A DNA stretch of 62,213 nucleotides, the filler included, from Squatina squatina (lineage: Eukaryota): assembly GCA_031763465.1 (NCBI GenBank). It is 3 parts of 3 records of this genome, joined end to end, with 100 filler letters (N's around TTAATTAATTAA, not from the genome) between each part and the next. Parts side by side here need not be neighbours in the genome. Positions count along the whole stretch, not along the records: positions 1 to 29,231 come from JARFOE010000068.1; 2 more parts are not named here. One strand, written 5' to 3'. The position numbers were made by a program, and so were the translations under genes. The first letter of the stretch is position 1; the number at the start of each line of letters is the position of its first letter. The notes beneath the pieces are model-generated. The model did no database searches. It saw nothing but the letters and a program-made list of their open reading frames with translations, and was not told where the DNA came from. Shown here one piece after another: positions 12,160 through 24,151 of the stretch.

Positions 12160-12300
12160 ATGAAGCACCTGCACAAACAGCTCACAAACCAGCCGTTAGT
12201 CGCATTGAAACAGTTCGGCGTTCTGTAGTTAAACACTGTGCCCTCTACCTTAACCTTTGCTTGTAGGAGCCTGGCTGCAGAACAGGCGCTCGGCACAGCT
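12160..12300 (-). mobile_element. Possible decayed pogo/Tigger transposase (CENP-B-type HTH) fragment
   Basis: Minus translation LLQAKVK...FNATNGWF resembles the Tigger motif IQEKA...FxASxGWF. Confidence 0.4.
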
Positions 12301-12398
12301 CCTGTTGCCCGCTCCTTGGTTACTCTTGTTTTTTTTTCCTCAAACAGTGGCTGATATTTTGGAACAGTTGCAGGCACCAAGTGCAAACAGTTGTGAAT

Positions 12399-12399
<1 letters not shown>

Positions 12400-12450
<51 letters not shown>

Positions 12451-12468
12451 TGAGAGAGAGAGAGAGAG
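12400..12468. repeat. (GT)n(GA)n microsatellite
   Basis: Directly visible. Confidence 0.95.
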
Positions 12469-13003
12469 GATCAGAGCCCAGAAGCTGCACACACACACAC
12501 ACAGCGAGCCAAATCACACCCCCAGTCACACCACATTGAAACTGATGAGTCTGCCTCGCAATGCGACTAATCCTATATATAGTAGCACACGTGGGCAGAT
12601 AAAATATCATGATACAACGCTTCATGTATGTCAACTGTTAAGCTGAATGACATCATGAAGACTGCATTCAACATTTAGTCTTCCTCCCTCAGAGATAGCT
12701 GAATCTCACTGTTACAAGCCCCTCCCAACAAGCAAGAACCTAGATCCACGCGCCCACCTCCCAACCATCAATTCTTGTGACTGCACACAAGCTCCCACTT
12801 CGGCTAAGATCTGTTTCACTGCAGTAATGCAAAGAGTTTCATGGAGTTCATATGGAGGACCCAAGATCAATGCAATTTTTTTTTTGTCTTTCTGTCGACA
12901 TTAAATAAAAGAGAATAAATTAAAAATAAATTAACACCTTAAATCAGAACCGGATTCCAAAGTTTTTGTCACTAAAATTTCCTAAAGGCTGCCCATTTTC
13001 TAC

Positions 13004-13180
13004 CTTCGAGAACGCCTGGAGTGAGAGAGAGAGAGAGAGCGTGGCGCTGTATAACACGTGGGCGAGGCGCACTTGCTCCGACCGCCATTTTAACAGAAGG
13101 CGTATAAATAGAGGGCGCAGCGAGCACTAACTCGCCCCGTGTCGATACTGTCCCCGCGCTTCGCGTCTCGAGGCTCCGGA
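13004..13180 (-). promoter_or_regulatory. CpG-rich candidate promoter/first exon of an unidentified minus-strand gene
   Basis: Local CpG enrichment, YY1 consensus CCGCCATTTT at 13082-13091 (AAAATGGCGG on minus) and minus-strand donor GAAG|GTAGA at 13004/13003. Confidence 0.4.
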
Positions 13181-13596
13181 AAATGAGAGGGCAGAATTGC
13201 TGAGATTTAACAATTCAGGGTGGAATTAATTCAAACCTTCTGATTTATGTACAGTAAATTTTTGATGGGTGCCAGAGAGAGGGGGAAGGCGAGCACTAAT
13301 TGCCTCAGTGTGGCACTAGAGGAGCGCTACCAACAGAACACTAACGAATTTCAGGTGCAATGCATTCAGCAATGATCCTTCTAATCTTCATGCAGGCTCA
13401 TTCCAGCTTTATAAGGGGAGATTGTATCATTATGAAGCTGCTCACTTTCAGCATTGCCGGCTCTGGAGGCGACCTGCGGGCAACTGAATCCCCTGATGGT
13501 CATGGCTGATCCCAATCCCAATCCCAGGGAGAGAGCTCATCGCAGAACGTGGCATTGGAGGCACTGGTGGCTGGAATGGAGCAAAGGAGGGAAGGA

Positions 13597-13714
13597 CATA
13601 AGAACATAAGAAATAGGAGGAGTAGGCCATTCAGCCCCTCAAGCCTGCTCCATCATTCAAGAGATCATGGCTGATCTTCTACCTCAATGCCATTTTACTG
13701 CACTATCTCCATAT
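13597..13714 (-). mobile_element. CR1-clade LINE 3' tail
   Basis: CATAAGAACATAAGAAATAGGAGGAGTAGGCCATTCAGCCCCTCAAGCCTGCTCC, the reverse complement of the tail at 29400-29505. Confidence 0.85.
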
Positions 13715-13814
13715 NNNNNNNNNNNNNNNNNNNNNNNNNNNNNNNNNNNNNNNNNNNNNNNNNNNNNNNNNNNNNNNNNNNNNNNNNNNNNNNNNNNNNN
13801 NNNNNNNNNNNNNN

Positions 13815-15142
13815 TACAATGGGAGTGAATGGGAAGGGGTTTGTTCCTTTGGGATTCTGTACAGTGGGGGTGAATGGGAAGTGTTCCGGTCCATTGTTTT
13901 CTTGAAAATGGGAATGAATTTGTTCCATTGGGATTCTGTACAATGGGAAGAAATGGGAAGGGTTTGGTCCATTGCAAATCGAATTAATGAGAGTGAATGG
14001 AAAAGGGTTTGGTCCATTGGGATTCTAAATAATTGGAGAGAATATGAAGGAAGTGGGTGAATGGGAATGTGTTTGTTCCATTGTGATTCTGAACAATGGG
14101 AATGAATGGGAAGGGGTCTGATCGTTTGGGATTCTGTTCAATGGGTGTGACTGGGAAGGTGTTTAGTCCTTTGGGATTCTGTACAATGAGAGTGAATGGG
14201 AAGGGATTTGGTCCATTGGGATTTTAAACAATGGCAGTGAATGGGAAGGAGTTGGTCCATTGGGAGTCTAAACAAAGGAGTGAATGGTAAAGTGTTTGGT
14301 CCATTGGGAGTCTGTGCAATGGGAGTGAAGACAAAGGATTTTTTCTATTGGGATTCTAAACAATGGGAGTGACTGGGAAGTGGTTTGTTTCATTGTGATT
14401 CTAAGCACAGGGAGTGAAAGGGAAGGGGTTTGGTCCATTGTGATTCTGTACAATGTGAGTGAATAGCAAGATGTTTGGTCCATTGGAATCTATAAAACTG
14501 GAGCAAATGGGATGGGGTGTGGACCATTGGGGTTCTGAATAATGGTAGTGAATTGGAAGGTGTTTCGTCCATTGGGATTCTGTTCATTGAGAGGGAATGG
14601 GAACAGGTTTGGTCCTTTGCAAATCTAACTAATGGGAGAGAATGGGAAGGGGTTTGGTTCATTGGGATTCTGTACAATCGAAGCTGAATGTGAAGGGGTT
14701 TTGTCCACTCAAATTCTATATAATGGGAGTGAATAGGGATGGTTTTTGCCTATTGGGATTCTGTACACTCAGAATGAATGGGAAGGGGTTTGTTCCATTG
14801 GGATTCTGTAAATGGGACTGAATGGGAATGGGTTTGGTCCATTGCATATCTAATTAATGGGAGTGAATGGGAAAGGGACTGGTCCTTTGGGATTCTGTTC
14901 AATGGGAGTGAATGGGAAGGGGTCTGATCGTTTGGGATTCTGTTCAATGGGTGTGAATGGGAAGAGTTTTGGTCCATTGGGATTCTAAACAATATGAATG
15001 AATGAAAACGGGTTTCTTCCATTGGGATTCTGCAGACTAGGAACAAAAAGGAAGCGGTTTCGTCCATTGGGATTCTACATAATGGGAGTGAATGGGAGGG
15101 GGTTTGGTCCATTTGAAGTCTAAACAATGGGAGTGAGTGGGA
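13815..15142. repeat. 45-bp minisatellite, about 29 diverged copies
   Basis: Consensus about AATGGGAGTGAATGGGAAGGGGTTTGGTCCATTGGGATTCTGTAC; 15-aa periodicity (RIPMDQTPSHSLPLx) in the spurious minus ORFs. Confidence 0.95.
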
Positions 15143-16717
15143 NNNNNNNNNNNNNNNNNNNNNNNNNNNNNNNNNNNNNNNNNNNNNNNNNNNNNNNNNN
15201 NNNNNNNNNNNNNNNNNNNNNNNNNNNNNNNNNNNNNNNNNNAAATTCCAGTGAATATAAGCCTAGTCGATCCAATCTTTCTTCATATGTCAGACCTGCC
15301 ATCCCGGGAATCAATCTGGGACCCTTGCTCCATGTTATTATTTGTTAAAAATAATTACAATTACCTCAGCACCGATTTAAAATAACTTTATTTTTGTTAA
15401 AATTATAATATCTGCACCTTTAGTTAAAACTCTGCTGTGTGTATGTTTTCACAGACTCGGAAAACATGGCAGCCAAAACGATCAACAGTCTGATTACGCA
15501 GACTGTGACATTTGTTAAATGGCTCCAATGTGTGCAGGACTGTGCTATAGCCTAGGTTTCTTTTTAATTTTTAATACCGCCCTTGTTTTGTTCAATAGAG
15601 ATATACAATCTCTTTAATATTGTATTACTTTCTCAGTTTGGAGCCATTGCACTCGTTGCAAAGTGATTTGTGTAAGAAGCTGCCTTGGAGATAAACAGGA
15701 CTTTGACAACGTGAAGTTAATCCACATGATTTCAGTCTTGTCTGCTACACTTCGGGTCGGAGCTCCTCCTGATCATACTGAGGCAGATCATCAGAGAAAT
15801 CCAAATCCAGATTAGGTTTCCATGGGGAAGAAACGATCATCGTGTAATATAATCGGTTGGTGCCATGTGAGGGTTTTATATTGTACCAAAATGCCATGGG
15901 GATCTGCGATTATAATACGAATATTACATAAAAGGAGCTGTGCCAACAGGCGCCCGGGGTTTGCTCAATGATGTAACATTATTGCTTTATCTGTTAATCT
16001 GCTCCAATAAACATTTCTATTTTAATTGAAAATATACTTCAGCTGAAATCACAAAAAAACACATTTTGCAAAAATTTGTACTTTACTGATATGTTGGCCT
16101 AGAAATTCCTAACCTTACTGTCGTGTGTTTGCGCTATATTTCTGAAAAAATGATGGCTGCCTCTCCTTCCGCCCTCATCTCTCTCTGCCCCTAAAGGAGG
16201 CGCTCCCTCTACCTCTACCTCATGTCAAGTCGGTGCAGCTAGTGCAGCCCCATGGTTCAATAGCCCAATTGTTGGCAATGTAAATTGTTGAGCCAAAGGC
16301 GAAAAATAATCTTACTCATGGCCTTTCCAAGTCCCACACATTGCTTCCAAGGCAATATAAGCTGTGAAAATGGCGATTTCTGTCATCAAAATGTTGGGGC
16401 CTCAGAGTGCTTCAAATAACCCTCAAAAATACCACCAATCCAGGTGTTGGTGCCCAAAAAAACTGGCGCTGTCACCTGCAGTTTAACGCCGGAAAAACGG
16501 AAACCAATTCACGGGCGGGTGGCCATTTTGGGCTCTGCGCCCATTGATGATGTCAGCAAGTCCATTTTACGCCCAACACCGCATTTCCAGCACTCCCGCA
16601 TTAGCGCCCATTTAGCACCGGCGTTAACCTGAGACCAATTTCACGTCTTAGCAATTAGCGCCGAAACTGGGCGTTAGATCCCAACACCCGTTTTGCGCCC
16701 ATTTAGTGCTAGTGTTG

Positions 16718-17185
16718 AACATAGAAACATAGAAAGTAGGAGTAGGCCATTAAACCCTTGGAGCCTGCTCCGCCATTCAATATGATCATAGCTGATCATC
16801 CAAATTCATTACCCTGTTCCTGCTTTCTCCCCATATCCCTTGATCCCTTTAGCAATAAGAGCTATATCTAACTCCTCCTTGAATATATTTAATGATTTCG
16901 CCTCAACTGCCTTTTGTGGTAGAGAATTCCACAGGTTCATTACACTCTGGGTGAAGAAATTTCTCCTCATCTCAGTCCTAAATGGCTCACCCCGTATTCT
17001 TAGGCTGTGACCCCTGGCGCTGGACTTCCCCAGCATTGGGAACATCCTTCCTGCATCTAGTCTGACCGGTCCCATCAGGATTTTATAGGTTTCTATGAGA
17101 TCCCCCCTCATTCTTCTAAACTCTAGCGAATGTAGGCCTGATCAACCCAATCTCTCCTCATATGCCAGTTCTGCCATCCCAGGAA
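16718..17185 (-). mobile_element. CR1-clade LINE 3' end with tail
   Basis: ORF MRGDLIETYKIL...GHSLRIRGEPFRTEMRRNFFTQSVMNLWNSLPQKAVEA and a (CATAGAAA)n tail. Confidence 0.92.
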
Positions 17186-17674
17186 TGACGCTTGCAATTG
17201 GAAGCTAAAGTGCTCCCAGACCCCATGTCAATGCTTCTTGTTACTGCTGCTCTGAGCCAGGTACTTGGAGATATACGAGAGTAACCCAGGGACGTGACTT
17301 CAGCTTTTTCCTCCCTCTAACACACTGTGATAGTTTTTAAAAGTACTTTTCATGCTTGCATTTCATTGTAACTGTTCATTATTTCAGCTGACCACCATGG
17401 GTGCGGAGATCTTTTTTACCTTAGCCCTATTTTGATTGTTATTTTTCTGGAAAAAATTGCAATAAGCTGGGAGCCTTTTCATGCAATATTTCAGGCTGTA
17501 ATGTTATTCTTTTGACATCAGTTGGTACATCAAGTGCTGTCCTGATTAACATTAATTAACTCATGAAAGACAAGGAATAGAATCTTGGAACATTGTGATG
17601 GAATGGCTGAGTTAATCACTGCCTTACTCAGCGCAGCCACTGGGGTTAGTGGCACTCAAAATGCTTAACCCTTC

Positions 17675-18138
17675 GTGTCAGCTGTGGCTCAGTGGGCAGC
17701 ACCCTCACCTCTTAGGCAGGCGGTTGCAGGTTTAAGTCCCACTCCAGGGACTTGAAAAATCCAGGCTGACACTGCAGTGTCGTACTGAGGGAGTGCTGCA
17801 CAGTCAGAGGTGCAGCCTCTGTTGTGAGATGTTAAACCGAGGCCCTGTCTGACCTTGCAGATGGATGCAAAAGATCCCATAGCACTATTTTGAAGAAGAG
17901 CAGGGGAGTTATCCCAATTATCCCTGGCCAATATTTATCCCTCAATCAACATCGCTGAAACAGATTATCTGGTCGTTATCACATTGCGCTCTGCGGGAGC
18001 TTGCTGTGCGCAAATTGGCTGCTGCATTTGCTGCATTACAACAGTCACTACACTTCAAAAAGTAGTTCCTTGGCTGTAAAGTGTTTGGGATGTCCGGTGG
18101 TTGTGAAAGGTGCTATATAAATGCATGTCTTTCCTTTT
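17675..18138 (+). mobile_element. Near full-length tRNA-derived DeuSINE (SacSINE1-like)
   Basis: Pol III A box TGGCTCAGTGG (17685), B box GGTTTAAGTCC (17729), central GAAGAAGAGCAGGGGAGTT..CCTGGCCAATATTTATCCCTCAA, tail GCTATATAAATGCA. Confidence 0.9.
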
Positions 18139-18212
18139 GGTAAATTGGTCCAATTTGAAAATTTATCACTGAAGCATAGCATTCATCGAAGAAAAAATTA
18201 TGTACATTTACA

Positions 18213-18407
18213 TGTCAGTTTGGCTTAGTTGGTAGCACTCTCACTTCTCAATCACAAGGTTGTGAATTCAAGCTTCACTCCAAGCTTTGAGTTCAACATC
18301 TAGACTGGCAATTCAGTCCAGAAGTGGCATGCGTAGGATGGGATGTTAAACAGGTGCCCTAACCAACATTCCTCCCTCAAGCACCGTCAAGATCAGATTA
18401 GCTGGTC
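18213..18407 (+). mobile_element. Older tRNA-derived SINE 5' head
   Basis: TGGCTTAGTTGGTAGCACTCTC...GAATTCAAGC; a diverged relative of the 17675 head. Confidence 0.6.
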
Positions 18408-18507
18408 NNNNNNNNNNNNNNNNNNNNNNNNNNNNNNNNNNNNNNNNNNNNNNNNNNNNNNNNNNNNNNNNNNNNNNNNNNNNNNNNNNNNNNNNNNNNN
18501 NNNNNNN

Positions 18508-18658
18508 AGAGTGATGGATAGTGACAGAGATAGAGAGAGAGAGATAGAGAGCGAGATAGAGAGAGAGAGATAGAGCGAGAGAGAGAGAGAGATAGTGAGA
18601 GAGAGAGTGAGAGATAGTGAGAGAGATAGAGAGAGATAGAGCGAGAGAGAGAGAGAGA
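18508..18658. repeat. (GA)n-rich microsatellite
   Basis: Directly visible. Confidence 0.9.
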
Positions 18659-19211
18659 TTAAATAAAATCAGAAAGCAAAACTAATGGCCAAACATTGCA
18701 TAGTGCATCAAATGGGCCGCTAAGTTAAGAAAAGTAGACTTGAATAGCGCTATTTGCTAATGATTCTTTCCCGCCGGGAAATTTAGCTTTAGCATTTCAA
18801 GAGGAAAGTGGAGAGACAAATCAACCACTTCCCTTAGAACGCTGATCAATTTGCAATCCATTACTTCAAACATCAGAGGTTGCTTCTCTCACTTCAAGAG
18901 AATGGACAATGATGGTGAACAGTGCATTTGTAGGGAATTCTGCATTTCAAGATGAAGTGCGGCACTACAGGCCCGAGCACTTTCACAAAGTGGAGTGCTT
19001 GGGAGTCTTGTATCAATGAAACATCAAAAATGCTGGCCAGGCACCAGGCCGGTGCAAATAATATAGTTTGGCATAACTGAAAGCCTTTCCTTATCAATAG
19101 CGCTCCCCTGAGCAGCCAGATGTAAGTCAAGGCCTCCTCTTCCCGCTGTTGTTCAGGCCCATAGATACAGCAGGGGGCGGAAGGAACCTTCACCCCGCCC
19201 CCCCCCCAGTC

Positions 19212-20233
19212 CATAAGAAATAGGAAAAAGAGTAGGCCATTCTGCCCGTCCAGCCTGCTCGACCATTCATTGAGATCATGGCTGATCTGATATTCACCTC
19301 AACTCCAATTTCCTGCCTTTCCCACATAACCCCTGAATCCCTTGCTGATCAAAAATCTGTCTCCCTCATCCTTGAACATATTCAACCTTTCAGCCTCCAC
19401 AGCTCTGTGGGGTAATTAATTCCAACCATTCGCAACCCTCATGAAATATATTCAAGAAGGAGATAGATTGAGTTCTGAGGACTATGGGGATCAAGGGATA
19501 TGGGGAGTAAATAGGAACAGGATGCTGAATTTGAATGATCAGCCATGATCATATTGAATGGTGGAGCAGGCTTGAGGGGCCGCATGGCCTACTCCTGCTC
19601 CTATTTTCTATATTTCTATGTTTCCAGGAAGAAATTCTGTCTAAAATGGGCAACCCTTATTCTGAGATTATGTCCCCTAGTCCTACACTAACACATGAGG
19701 GGAAACATCCTCTCAGCATTTACCCTGTCAAGCCACCTCAGAATCTTATGCTTCAATAAGATCGCCTCTCAATCTTCTCAATTCCAGTGAGTACAGGCCC
19801 AACCTGCTCAACCTTTCTTCATAAGACAATCCTTCTATACCCGGGATCAACCTAGTGAAACTTCTCTAAACTGCCTCCAATGCAAGTCTGTCTTTCCTCA
19901 GATTAAAGGACCAAACTGTCTGCAGTGCTCGAGGTACGGTCTCACGACTGCCCTGTACAATCTTTGCAAGACTTCCCTACTTTTATACTTCATCCCCCTT
20001 GAAGTAAAAGCCAACATTCCATTTGCTTCTGAATCTCCTGCTGCTTCTTCATACCTACGTACTGGGTTTCATGTCTGAGGTTCCCCAAATCCCTCTGAGC
20101 TGCAGATTTCTGCAATGCTTCTCCATTTAAATAATATTCTGCTTTTCCATTCTTCCTTTCAAAGTGGATAACTTCACATTTTCCCGCTTTATACTGCATC
20201 TGCCAAGATTTTGCCCACTCAGTTAACTTATCA
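19212..20233 (-). mobile_element. CR1-clade LINE 3' kb, interrupted by an opposite-strand CR1 tail (19441-19624)
   Basis: Tail at 19212, MQYKAGKCEVIHF...QRDLG at 19990-20199, and a plus-strand tail ending TTTCTATATTTCTATGTTTC inside it. Confidence 0.85.
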
Positions 20234-20333
20234 NNNNNNNNNNNNNNNNNNNNNNNNNNNNNNNNNNNNNNNNNNNNNNNNNNNNNNNNNNNNNNNNNNN
20301 NNNNNNNNNNNNNNNNNNNNNNNNNNNNNNNNN

Positions 20334-20450
20334 AGTGGGAATAGGCATTGAGATAGAGAATTAGCCATGATCATATTGAATGGCAGTGCAGGCTCGAAGG
20401 GCCAAATGGCCTACTCCTGCTCCTATTTTCTATGTTCTATATTTCTATGT
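20334..20450 (+). mobile_element. CR1-clade LINE 3' tail
   Basis: AGCCATGATCATATTGAATGGC..GGCTCGAAGGGCCAAATGGCCTACTCCTGCTCCTATTTTCTATG. Confidence 0.85.
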
Positions 20451-20645
20451 GATGAAAGCATGGATGCAGGTTTCAGTGATGGAGGGACAATATGGTGGGC
20501 AATATTCTGGAATTGGAAGCAAGTGATCTTTGCCAAGGAGGGAATATGGGGTCTGAAGCTTGGCTCAGGGTCAAACAGGTCACAGAGATTGCAAGCAGTC
20601 TGGTTCAGCCTGAGAGAGTGGCCAAAGAGGGAATCGAAGGGTGAC
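20451..20645 (-). mobile_element. L2-clade LINE fragment
   Basis: Reverse-complement similarity to 24890-25070 (CCTATTTGACCCTGAGC..AGC..GACCCCATAT). Confidence 0.6.
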
Positions 20646-20799
20646 TGATTTTACTTTACAGAATAGTAGAATCTGGAAAAAAAACTGGCCCTGACTGGAA
20701 TTTGGAGTGGGACTTCGTTCTGCCAGATCTCTGACCTTTTGTTCAGTTGTTAAGTTCTGAGAGGAAGGGGTGGATGCTTTTTGTGCTCACCACTCCTAT

Positions 20800-21226
20800 C
20801 CTAGCATCGGAAGAAATGTATCCCAGGCTGTTGAGAGGCAAGAGAAGAAATAGCGGAGGCTCCGACCATCATTTTCTAATCCTCTCTGACTACAGGTGTG
20901 GTGCCAGATGACTGCACAACAACTAATGTTGTACCGTTGTTTAAAAAGGGAGAAAGGGATAGACAGAGTAATTACAGGCCAGTCAGCCTACCCTCGGTGG
21001 TGGTAAAATTATTGGAAAAACTTCTGAGGGACAGGATAACTCTTCATTTAGAAAGACACAGATTAATCAGGGACAATCAGCATGGATTTTTTAAGGGAAG
21101 GTCGTGTCTGACTAATGTGATTAAAATTTTTGATGAGGTAACAAGGAGGGTCGATGAGTGTCGTGCATTTTATATAGTCTGTATGGATTTTAGCAAGGCT
21201 TTTGATAAGGTCCTACATGGCAGACT
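20800..21226 (+). mobile_element. CR1-clade LINE RT fragment
   Basis: NVVPLFKKGERD..NYRPVSL...QHGFFKGRSCLTN...MDFSKAFDKV. Confidence 0.92.
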
Positions 21227-21326
21227 NNNNNNNNNNNNNNNNNNNNNNNNNNNNNNNNNNNNNNNNNNNNNNNNNNNNNNNNNNNNNNNNNNNNNNNNNN
21301 NNNNNNNNNNNNNNNNNNNNNNNNNN

Positions 21327-21861
21327 ATCTACTGGTTCCCCTCTATCCACTCTGGTTGAGACTTCCTCAAAAATTCTAATAAATTTGTCAGATACGATTT
21401 CCCCTTCATGAAGCCATGCTGACTCTGCTTTGATTAGATTATGATTTTCCAAATGTGCTCCAATACTTCCTTAATAATTGATTCTAACATTTTTCCAATG
21501 ATAGATGTTAGGCTAATGAGCCTATAGTTACCCTTTTTGAATAGGGGTGCCCCATTGGTAGTTTTCCAATCCTCTGGTACTTCTCCGGAATCTAAGGATT
21601 TTTGGAAGATTACAACCAATGCATCCACTACCTCTGTAGCCACTTCTTTTAGTATCCTAGGATGCAAGTCTTCTGGGCTAGGGCACTTATAAGCCTTTAG
21701 CCCCATTAGTTTGCCTAATACTATGATGGTGATAGTATTTAATTCCTCCCCCGCATTATTTACTATTAATGGAATGTTCGTCATATCTTCTACTGTAAAG
21801 ACTGATGCAAAATATCTATTTAACTCCTCTGCCATTTTCTTGTTCCCCATAACTATTTCCC
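21327..21861 (-). mobile_element. CR1-clade LINE ORF2 fragment
   Basis: MAEELNRYFASVFTVED...LHPRILKEVA...SLDSGEVPEDWK...PLFKKG. Confidence 0.92.
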
Positions 21862-21961
21862 NNNNNNNNNNNNNNNNNNNNNNNNNNNNNNNNNNNNNNN
21901 NNNNNNNNNNNNNNNNNNNNNNNNNNNNNNNNNNNNNNNNNNNNNNNNNNNNNNNNNNNNN

Positions 21962-22815
21962 TAGTCCAGGAATATAACCACTACACTCCCGTAACTAGGA
22001 TTATTAGTCCAGGAATATAACCACTACACTCCCGTAACTAGGTTTATTAGTCCAGGAATATAACCACTGCAATCCCGTAACCTGGATTATTAGTCCAGGA
22101 AAAAAACCACTACACTCCCGTAACCTGGATTGTTAGTCCAGGAATATAACCACTGCCCTCCCGTAACTAGGTTTATTAGTCCAAGGATATAACCATTGCA
22201 CTCCCGTAATCTGGATTATTAGTCCAGGAAAAAAACCACTACACTCCCGTAACCTGGATTGTTAGTCCAGGAATATAACCACTGCACTCACGTAAATAGG
22301 ATTATTAGTCCAGGAATCTAACAACAACAGTCCCATAACGTGGATTATAAATCCAGGAATATAACCACTTTACTCCCGTAATCTGGATTATTAATCCAGG
22401 AATATAACCACTGCACTCCCTTAACTAGGATTATTAGTCCAGGAAAATAACCACTCCACTACCGTAACGTGGATTATTAGTCCAGGAATCTAACAACAAC
22501 AGTCCCATAACGTGGATTATAAATCCAGAAATATAACCACTTTATCCCGTAATCTGGATTATTAGTCCAGGAATATAACCACTGCACTCCCTTAACTAGG
22601 ATTATTAGTCCAGGAATATAACCACTTCACTCACGTAACTAGGATTATTAGTATAGGAATATAACCACTACACTCCCGTAACCTGGATTCTTAATCCAGG
22701 AATATAACCAGGGCAATCCCGTAACCTGGATTATTAGTCCAGGAGTATAACCACTACACTCCCGTAACCTGGATTCTTAGTCCAGGAGTATAACCAGGGC
22801 ACACCCATAACCTGG
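21962..22815. repeat. 43-bp minisatellite, about 20 copies, with palindromic core
   Basis: Unit TAGTCCAGGAATATAACCACTACACTCCCGTAACCTGGATTAT; period 43 (21962 to 22005). Confidence 0.95.
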
Positions 22816-23686
22816 NNNNNNNNNNNNNNNNNNNNNNNNNNNNNNNNNNNNNNNNNNNNNNNNNNNNNNNNNNNNNNNNNNNNNNNNNNNNNNNNNNNNN
22901 NNNNNNNNNNNNNNNATTGTCACAGGACATTCACTGGTATATATAAAAAGGCAACTCATTCACAGTTTTCACAGAATAATAGTTGTGGAATTCAATCCAG
23001 AGCACCAGTAAAAATCTAAGTATCATTTGATAAAAATTGAATTTGCTTTATTCAGTCACGATAAATCAGGGCCCTGATGTTCTCATATGGCATTAGGACC
23101 CCTACTGTTATAAGAGAGCCTATCCTCTGACTCACTGTGAACAACACCATGGGACGTCTGGCAGTTAAAAGCAAAAGATGGTGTGCATGGGATCAGATGG
23201 CAAAGCCACTTGAGATAACTACCACCTCAGCTGCATGGTACCCCCTCCCCCGCTACCCTCCATTCAACCTACATGCCTAGGCTGATAGGAAAATAAACAC
23301 CATATACATGTAGCCACTAGCTACTATGAAAGTTTGAGATAATGTAAAATGTAAATATAAAATGTAGAACAGCACTCGTTTGCACTTTTTATCCTGGCTG
23401 GTAGCACTACCAGCTTGAAAGATTAAGGTGCACAGTTAGTAAATCTCTGTAGAATATGCTGAATGGGCAGAAATCAATAAGATCTGTTCTTCTGTATGCA
23501 TGTTCTTATTACATGATGTAACTAATTCATCTGAATCCATATTGAACTAGGCATCAGAGTTAGTTGATTCTGCCAGTCATATTAAGATACCCATTTGGAC
23601 TTGTACCTTGTTGATACTGATCTTTGTCAATTGAAAAGTAGCAATATAAGACAAGAAAGTTAGAAACAAATGTAATTTTATGTTAT

Positions 23687-24151
23687 GAGTGTCAGCTGTG
23701 GCTCAGTGGGGAGCACTCTCGCCTTTGAAACAGAAGGTTGTGGGTTCAAGTCCCCCCCACTTAAGAGACTTGAGCACAAAAATCTCGCTGACACTACAGT
23801 GCAGCACTGAGGAATTGCTGCACTGTCGCAAGTGCCGTCTTTGGGATGAGACATTGAACCAAGGCCCTGTCTGCCCCCTCAGGTGGACGTAAAAGACCCT
23901 AGGACACTATTTCGAAGAAGAGCAGGGGAGTTATCCCCGGTGTTCTGGCCAATATTCATCCCTCAACTAACAGAACAAAAAGCAAATTATCTGGTCTTTA
24001 TCACATTGCTTTTTGTGGGAACTTGCTGTGTGCAAATTGGCTACTGTGTTTCTGACATTACAACAGTGACTCCACTTCAAAAGTACTTCATTGGCTGTAA
24101 AGCCCTTTGGGACGTTTGGTGGTTGGTGCTATATAAATGCAAGTCTATCTT
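23687..24151 (+). mobile_element. Near full-length DeuSINE (SacSINE1-like)
   Basis: A box TGGCTCAGTGG (23699), B box GGTTCAAGTCC (23743); colinear with 17675-18138. Confidence 0.9.

Noticed and set aside
12542-12575. Hammerhead ribozyme at CTGATGAGTC...GAC
   Set aside because: The stem is followed by TAAT rather than the required GAAA, and no closing stems are evident.
13684-15127. Repetitive RIPMDQTPSHSLPL protein
   Set aside because: Frequent stops and frame switches; a by-product of a 45-bp unit divisible by three.
15434-15555. Exon-like segment with ATGGCAGCC
   Set aside because: The frame closes after about 29 codons and has no recognisable homology.
17675-17750. tRNA gene
   Set aside because: The A and B boxes belong to a SINE head that continues into the SINE body; the same holds at 23687.
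21962-22815. CRISPR array
   Set aside because: The would-be spacers are homologous to one another, there are no cas genes, and the context is vertebrate. It is a minisatellite.
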